From assembly GCF_009914755.1 (NCBI RefSeq), contig NC_060940.1: a stretch of DNA of 64,000 nt, one strand, 5' to 3'. The notes beneath the pieces were generated by a model that made no database searches, had not been told where the DNA came from, and saw only the letters and a program-made list of their open reading frames with translations. Below, piece by piece: positions 55,951-64,000 of the stretch (its first letter is position 1; the number at the start of each line of letters is the position of its first letter). A program made the translations under genes and the position numbers. The stretch comes from the human T2T-CHM13v2.0 reference genome, Homo sapiens.

Positions 55951-57342
55951 TATATATTGTCAGCTTGGGATATGGAGTGTGAGATCTCTTCCCTTGAATA
56001 TTTGAAGGGCTGCCAAATAGAAAAGGATTAGATCTATTCTATGTGGCTTCAAGGACACTGAGACAACCCTTCCCATTTGCATAATACATTCCCATAATTC
56101 ACGCATTTAATCCTCAAAACAACCCTGTGTGGTTGCCATAAAATCAGAGGAATCTGTGATTGGGAGAGGAGAACTGCCTTGCCCAATTCACACAGTTCAG
56201 AAGTAGCATGATCAAACCTCAAACCCAATTCTCTTTACTAAATGTCTTGGGCTTGTTCCATTATGCTTAATTACCTGTAGCATTCATTCAACCAAAGTGG
56301 ACTCTGCCTGTGCTATAGATCTTGCACTCTGCTCGGCTCTGAGAATTCAAAGACAAAACAAATCTGCTTTTAGGAAATTTATAGTCTAGTGGTAGAAATG
56401 CAAAAATAGCCCCTTGAAATCTGACATTATAGAAGCTATAGGAGAGATGTGAGATATACCAGAGTACAAAGAAAAGGGAGCCAGTCTCAAGGGGAGTGAC
56501 ATGTGAGACAGAGAAGACCAGACCTGGGTGCACAGATGGTATAGAGAGATCATTTTGGTTCAGTGCAATAAAGAACTTCCCACCAAATTTGCCAAATATA
56601 GAAACCTCATTTATTCTAGTGTCATCATAGAAGAAATTTAATAGATTATTTTTAAACTGCATAGCCAGAAAAACTCTAGCTACTAGCTGAAAGACTGAAT
56701 TTAGTGGACCTTTAAGTTTTTGCCAGCCTAAAGCTTCTACGAGATCTTGGCTTTTCCATGAATTATTTGATGATTTACATAACTCACTTGTATTTCACAA
56801 GTATTTGGTGGGCACCAACAAGCTTCAGGCACTAAGGACTCAACCACTGTGTTTGAAAATGTTTCAGCCCAAGGGAAGAAAGGCATATGAGCCACCACAT
56901 TTTTTTAAATAAGTGAGTCCCTGGCAGTATATGCTTACTGAAATATGTTGCTCTTTTGTCAATTACAAATAATTTTCTACAAGACATTTCTTGTCTTCAA
57001 AAATGACCCTCGAAAGTAGGCTGTTACCTTCTGAATATTCATTTACTTATTTAATCCACAAATATTGATGGAGTCCCATGCCTCTGTTGGTTGCTGAAAA
57101 CTTCTTCAACCCAACAAAAGGCCCTCCTGAGTCCAAATGCAAGTGAGATGAATCACTGTCAATTAAGCCCTGAAAGGTCATGGTTGGTGTCTGGCATCCT
57201 TGGACCATTGCCATGGAAATGAAAAGGGAATCTGGAAGTTTGGCCCATTGCTTCTTAGGAAAGTCTTCAATAGGAGCTTTCAACAGGCAATAAAATGAAA
57301 TGGTGATAATAAATAGGCAGGTTTTACTCCACAGTAGATACT

Positions 57343-57802
57343 TGGGGGTAGACATAATGATGCTCCAAGGATGCCCACATTCTAATTCCAAGAACCTGTG
57401 AATATGCTACCTTGTGTGGCAAAAGGGGGAGCTTTGCAGATGTGATTACATTAAGGATCTTGTGATTGGGAGATTCCCCCAGATTACTCAGTGTATTCAA
57501 TATAATCACAAGGATCCTTACAAGAGGGAGACAGGAGAATACGATTTAGAGGGAGGCTTGAAGATGCTCTGCTGCTGGCTTTGAAGATGAAAGAGGGGGC
57601 CATGAGTCAAGGAGTGCAGATGGCTTCTAGAAGCTGGAAAAGCCAAAAAAAAAAAAATGATTCTCTCCTAGATCCTCTGGAAGATTGCAACCCTGACAAT
57701 ACCTTAATTTTAGGATTTGTGACCTCCAGAAAGAAGCGATTTGTGTTTTTACATAACGAAGTTTGTGCTCATTTATTACAGCAGCAATAGGAAAATAATA
57801 CA
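57343..57802 (+). mobile_element. MLT1D-like MaLR solo LTR
   Basis: gaacctgtgaatatgctacctt..tggcaaaagg...ctttgcagatgtgatta...ttacagcagcaataggaaaataataca. Confidence 0.88.
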
Positions 57803-58016
57803 GTGCAATGGTCTGAGTCGTGTGCATATCAAGTAATTTACATTCATTTACTTAAAAAGAAATCCTCACTGAGTATGATGTTCCAGGAATTACTCCAGGT
57901 TCTGAGGATACCGCAGCAGCCCAGTTTCAGTGGCTGCTTGTGAGGAGTTTGTATAATCTCATGAGTAATAAATTTAAAAACGGCCCAGTAAGCTTGGCAT
58001 TGCTACCTCCATTCTA

Positions 58017-58424
<408 letters not shown>

Positions 58425-59852
58425 TCACAAAAAGCCAGTGCTATTTCCATCACTGTCCCATTTCCTTAGGGACAGTTCAAAAATGCAGATCTAAAATTCT
58501 TTCTCATGCCTAACCCTCCTATTTTCCTCTACATTCCCTGGGAAGCAGCATACATCCTTTCCTTGGATGGGACAACTGCCATTTCTAAAGCTGCTTTGAA
58601 CCATGGTATTTCTTAACTCTTTTCTCTTTGGGATCACAGACATGTATCTTGTTATATGCACCTCCTAATATTTTGATTATTTTGATGCAAATCCATCACT
58701 CATAATAAATCACCCTGCTTTCCAAATGCAATCGATTTTAGAAGCAAGGAAGCAAAAACTAAGTAAGCTCTGACAGTCTTTGGGAGTGTCCGTGATGGGA
58801 GAAACCTAAGAGGCTAAAAGCTATTTTCCTCACTGTCAACCCACTGGATGATTTTCCTTGCACAAACACATACCCATACAGTCTGACTAATGCTTGCTTT
58901 TTTGGACATATGTGAGCAAATAAATGTAATTACGAGCAAGATGTAATCACAATTGCTTTGCTATTAAAGCTGCTGTACACTCTTACAGCTTGGTTAACAA
59001 TATATGCAGAAGGGTGGAATTGCTTGCTGCTCTCCCAGGAAGAAAAATACGCAGAAGTATGGCCTCTTTTATATTATATCTGTGAAAATACAACATTTAA
59101 ATGCAGAATTTGACTTTTCAGGAATTGCACCAGAAAACCTTTTAACAGAAACAGCAGGGAGAGAAAGCTTTTTAAATCATGATACTCCATGAAGGATTAT
59201 GAAAATGGAGGTCATCACACAAGACGAAATTGCAAGTACAATGAGGAAAATCTTCTCCTCTGTGTAAATACACGAGGACAATATGTTATTCTCTGTTAAG
59301 CTATCAGGGGATATTTTCAGCTTCTAGAAAAAAGAAAAGGAAAGCAGCCACCTTGTCCAAATGGATCTATTCAAAGTGATGTGCTTGGCTGGTACCTGGT
59401 AGTAATGGTCAGTTTCTTTTATATTGAACCAGAGTGTCTGAGAAGAGCTACCCTAAGACTCTTTCTCATAGCTTGTTAGGCAACTGGGGATACAGAGGCT
59501 CACTGGAGACTTTCACCTGCATCCAGTCCTTGAGAGCAAGGAAGGACAAATCTACTCATGTCAGAATGTCCGAATGCCATCACAGCAGGCCAGTGATGCG
59601 GTCAATACAATCGGGTTTTTATTAAGTTTATATTCAACTAACTTTTCAGAAACTTCTGACCCTACCAATTGGGTTACATGACCAGCACTGTGTACTGGAC
59701 TCTTTGGTGAGACTGTCCAGAGAAAAGAGGTTACTGAACAATGTATCTGACTGATAAGTCATAGTGAAAGATCTGTAAAAGTAGAACCTTCATGCTACCA
59801 TCTGTGTGTGTAATGTTATACCCAAACATGAACATGCCTTGGTTAGGGGTCA

Positions 59853-59900
59853 TGATTGATTGATTGATAGACAGACAGATAGATGAGATAGATAAGTAAA
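59853..59900 (+). repeat. Compound (GATT)/(GATA)/(GACA) tetranucleotide repeat
   Basis: tgattgattgattgatagacagacagatagatgagatagata. Confidence 0.85.
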
Positions 59901-60598
59901 TACATTGATTTTTTAATTATTATTATTTTACTTGACATTTCTTTATCACTTACAGTGAGCTGGGCAACTATCTCAACACTGAGAATATAAAGAAAAATAA
60001 GATATGGAGGAATTCTGCCCTCAAGCATGCTAGTGTCTATTTGGGAAAAACAGACAAATAAATAATACGTCAAGAAAAAGCAGCAAGCCCCATGCGATAG
60101 TAGGTGAAAGGGAGGCTGTTTTTTAATTTGTCCATATAAGGTCCCAAAATCTTGACTTACATTATGAATTGGGCTTATTAAGCTCACATACTTTTGTTAA
60201 ACTCTAAAAACTGTATTGTTGTTGATTTTTTAAAATTTTGGACTTGTAATGAGAGCTAGGCATTTTATGTGAATGACCAATGCATAAAATAAACTATACA
60301 GCATTTTCTATATAATGAGCTTAAGTTATGCTGTATTTCTTCAATTCCGAAGTTCAGGTTTTTCACATTTTTAGCATAGCTGAAAGTATGATGTTACCTC
60401 TTTCCATGGAATCTCAAAATTATAATTGGCATAACTTTCTTCTTTCTTAGATATACAATTATGTTATTATATATAAAATTATGTTCTGGCTTACTCTTAG
60501 AGGCTATAGACTGTGATCTATATGAAAATATTAATATATATTAATAATTATATAGAGAGTACTGATTATGTACTGCTGCGCTGATAAATGTTGTTATA

Positions 60599-60801
60599 GA
60601 GTGGTGTGCTAATAAGTGTTTAACAATGAGATTTCTGTGGGATAAAAGCCCCATTTGTAAAATTTGCCGTTTTTGTGGTGTAGATACTCCCACTATGGTT
60701 GATGTCAAGTTATGAGGGTGACATCATTGAATGTGAGTTAAGAAAAGATGCCCACAGCTGGCTCTGGAGAGCCCACCCAGGCCAGCCCTAGTACATTACT
60801 G
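60599..60801 (+). mobile_element. MER63A-like hAT-Blackjack element
   Basis: agtggtgtgct..taagtgtttaacaa...tttgccgtttttgtggtgtagatactcccac...agtacattactg. Confidence 0.7.
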
Positions 60802-61039
60802 CACACACCTAAATCTAGGGCTATGTTCAAGCTCCTTCCAGGTGGCAGACCAGTGTCTGCTGGAACAACCTGTAAAGCTCTGTGAGAATGCTTTATTCAT
60901 GATTACCCTGAGAATATTGTTATAAATAATCTATAGCATGGTTCTTATATTAATTTGCAGTCCCTTCTTATTAGGCTCTTATTCTTTGTTTGTGAGGGGA
61001 GTATTTCTATCTTTAAATCCTTTATCCGGCTTAAATCCT

Positions 61040-61420
61040 TTTGGTCTTTATCTATTTTGACATGTGGAATGTTCTTCTCTCAAAACTTGGGGTAACTGGT
61101 TCTTTCTCATCATTTAGGTCTCAGCTCAAATGTCAGCTCTTCATAGAGGACTCCTCAGATGACTGTTCTAAAGTATTTCCTTTTCCCAGTCATTGTCTCT
61201 AAAACAAAGCTAGATTCAAAATGGTCTTCACTATCTGAAATTATCTTACCTATGTGTTTACTTGTGTAATAATCTACTCTGTCCTGCACCAGAGTGAAAG
61301 CTCCACTCTAGCAGAAACCTACCTTCTTTGTCTATAGACAAATCTCCAGGGCCTGGAAGTCTACCTGGCACTGTTATGTAGTAGGCATATAACAAATAGT
61401 TATTGAATGACCCAATCAAT
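61040..61420 (+). mobile_element. L2 3' fragment
   Basis: tctcagctcaaatgtca.ctcttcatagagg...cctggcac...aaatagttattgaatga. Confidence 0.7.
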
Positions 61421-61589
61421 CATTCAGTCCAAGATTATAATATCAACCAGATATGTGCCTTCATGTTATTTTGTCATGAGGAACAAAACTTTCTCTACAT
61501 AGTAAAATAAACTAATCAATCATGTGGATGCTATAAGAGTTTAAAGTCTTCTATTTTTACTTAAAAAATATTTAGAGTAGACCTTGGAA

Positions 61590-62090
61590 CTTCCATTTCC
61601 AGGCAAGGTGGAGTAAAAAATTACCTGATTTATCCTCCTTCCTAAAACAACCGAAGAACAGACATATGAAACAATGGTTTGCAAGACACTGGATATCAGT
61701 CAATGAAGGACAGTGATCCAAAAGAGATGGGAAACAAATTGCCCCAGCTTTCTCAACCTGCTTAAGAGTATGCATGAGTAGTCTATAGTATCACACTTAA
61801 TGGTAAAAGACCACATTTTTTCTCCCTTTGATAAGAAAAGATATCTACTCTGACCACTTAAATTCAGCATTGTACTGGATACTGTAGCCAATGCAATAAG
61901 GAAAGCAAAAGACAAAAACGTCATCCAGTTGAAAAACAAACAGTGAAAAATAGGTTTATTAATATGGGACATGATCTTCTACATAGAAAATCTGGTGAAA
62001 TTCACAAAAAAAGTGCTACAACTAAAAATGAGGTTAATAAAGTTGCAGGACATAATGTACAAAACTCAATTGTATTTCTATATACCATCA
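61590..62090 (+). mobile_element. Old L1M: 5'-end piece joined directly to an RT-region piece
   Basis: acttccatttccaggcaaggtggagtaa...aagacactggatatcag (5' end), then attcagcattgtactgga..tagccaatgcaataag (ORF2). Confidence 0.65.
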
Positions 62091-62094
62091 ATAA

Positions 62095-64000
62095 AAAGCT
62101 GAATTCTTAGAAACATACAACCTACTAAAATTGTAAGAAATTAAAAATCTAATCTTGCCAATAATGAGCAAAGAGATTGAGTCAGTAATTAAAAACTCCC
62201 AACACAGAAAATCCCATGGCCTGATGACTTCACTGGTGATTTTTACCAAACATTTACAGAAGATTAATGCCAAGCCTTCTCAAACTCTTCCAAAAATTAG
62301 ATAGCAAGAACACTTTCACACTTATTTTACAAAGGCAGCAAAAATCCTCAACAAAATACTAGTAAACAAAATTCAACAACACCTTAAGAGATCATACACC
62401 ATGATCAAGTGGAATTTATTCCTAGGATGCAAGAATGGTTCAACATATACAAATCAAGAAATGTGATATGTCACATTAAAAGACTGAAGTATAAAAACCA
62501 TATGATCATATCAATATATGCAGGAAAATCATTTGACAAGTATTATTTCATGATAAAAAATTCTCAACAGATTAGTTACAGTTTATTCAACACAATAAAG
62601 GCCATATACAATAAGCCCACAGCTGATATTATACTCATTGGAGAAAAAGCTGAGAGTTTTTCTTTTAAGATCAGGAACAAACATGCCTACTTTCCCAAAG
62701 TCTATTTAATATAGTACTGGAAGTCTTAGCCCGAGCAATCAGGCAAGAAAAAGAAATAAAAGCGCATCCAAATTGGAAAGGAAGAAGTGAAATCGCTATT
62801 ATTTGCAGAGGACATGATTATAAAGACTCCACCAAAAAATGCTGGAACTAATAAACAAATTTGGTAAAGTTGCAGAATATAAATTTAACCTACAAAAATT
62901 CTCATTTCTTTATACTAACAATGAATTATCTGAAAAACTAATCAAGAAAATACCATTTATGATAGAATCAAATATAGAATACTTAGAGATAAATTTAATC
63001 AAGACAGTGAAAGATCTGTATGCTAAAACTTATAAAACACTGATGAAAGAAACTGAAGACAGCACAAGTAAATGGCAGTATATCTATGTTCATGGATTTG
63101 AAGAATTAGTATTTTTAAAGTGCCCCAAAGCAATCCACGGATTCAGTGCAATCCCTCATTTCAAAATATACTGAAAAGGTATATTAATCAAAACAGTATG
63201 ATATTGGTATAAAAACAGACATGTAGCCCAATGGAACAAAACAGAAAGCCTAGAAATAAATTCACCTATTTACAGTTAATTGATCTTTGGCCAAGTTCCC
63301 AAGAACATATAATGGGGAAAGGACAGTCTCTTTAATAAGTAGTGTTGGGAAAACTGTATATCCATATGCAGAAGAATGAAATTTCACCCTTATTTCACAC
63401 CATATATAAAATCTAATTCAAATAAAAACACCTAAGACATAAGCTGTAAAACTTTCAGCAGAAAACATAGGGGAAAGGCTTCTTGATACTGGTTTTGGCA
63501 ACTTTTTTGGGGGGAGGAGGGATTTGAACCCAAAAGCACAGGCAACATAAATAAAAATAGACACATAAGATTATATCAACTACACAGCTTCTGCAAAGCA
63601 AAGGCAACAACCAACTGAGTGGACAGAAAACCAACAGAATGGGAGAAAATATCTGCAAACAATGTATCTGATAAGGGGCTAATATTCCATATTTATAAGG
63701 AAGTGAAACAGCTCAATAGTAAGAAATCAACTGAATTTTAAAAAGACGCAAAGCACCTGAATAGATATTCCCCAGAAGATGAGATGCAAATGTTCAACAG
63801 TATATTAAAATATGCTCTTTATGGCTTATCATCAGGGAAATTCAAATCAAAGCCACAATGAGCTATCACCTCACACCTGTTAGAATAGCTAGTATCAAAA
63901 AGACAAAAAAGTAACTGTTGGTGAAGATGTGGAGAAAATGAAGCCCCTGTATGCTATTGGTGAAAATGTACATTAGTGCAGCCATTATGAGAAACAGCAT
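62095..64000 (+). mobile_element. L1MA/MB-type ORF2 remnant, runs off the window end
   Basis: Degenerate ORF2: [29 protein letters not shown], tatttgcagaggacatga (FADD-like), LELINKFGKVAEYK, cacctcacacctgttagaat. Confidence 0.9.

Overview
Primate (very probably human) non-coding genomic DNA, intergenic or deep-intronic. It is rich in Alu, L1, MIR, L2, MaLR/ERV LTR and hAT-MER repeats, and I can support no host protein-coding exon, rRNA, tRNA or CRISPR feature. The dominant feature is a full-length but mutated L1PA4-like LINE-1 on the minus strand (17310-23451, 18-bp TSD). It keeps the YY1 site, the 129-bp ZNF93-target segment and a truncated ORF0. It sits inside an older L1M that also hosts an AluJ, a 5'-inverted L1PB fragment, a MER81 and a broken MLT2. 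Almost every ORF in the track is an L1 ORF1/ORF2 fragment, an Alu read-through, a simple-repeat artefact or a chance ORF. The most interesting unexplained structures are: a ~54-bp-arm inverted repeat at 3576-3710, a palindromic MER135-like element at ~32884-32994, a trimeric Alu with a single TSD, and several short repeat-free, motif-dense segments that may be conserved enhancers. I found no convincing novel multi-gene system. Repeat subfamily names come from recalled consensus similarity and need RepeatMasker/Dfam confirmation.
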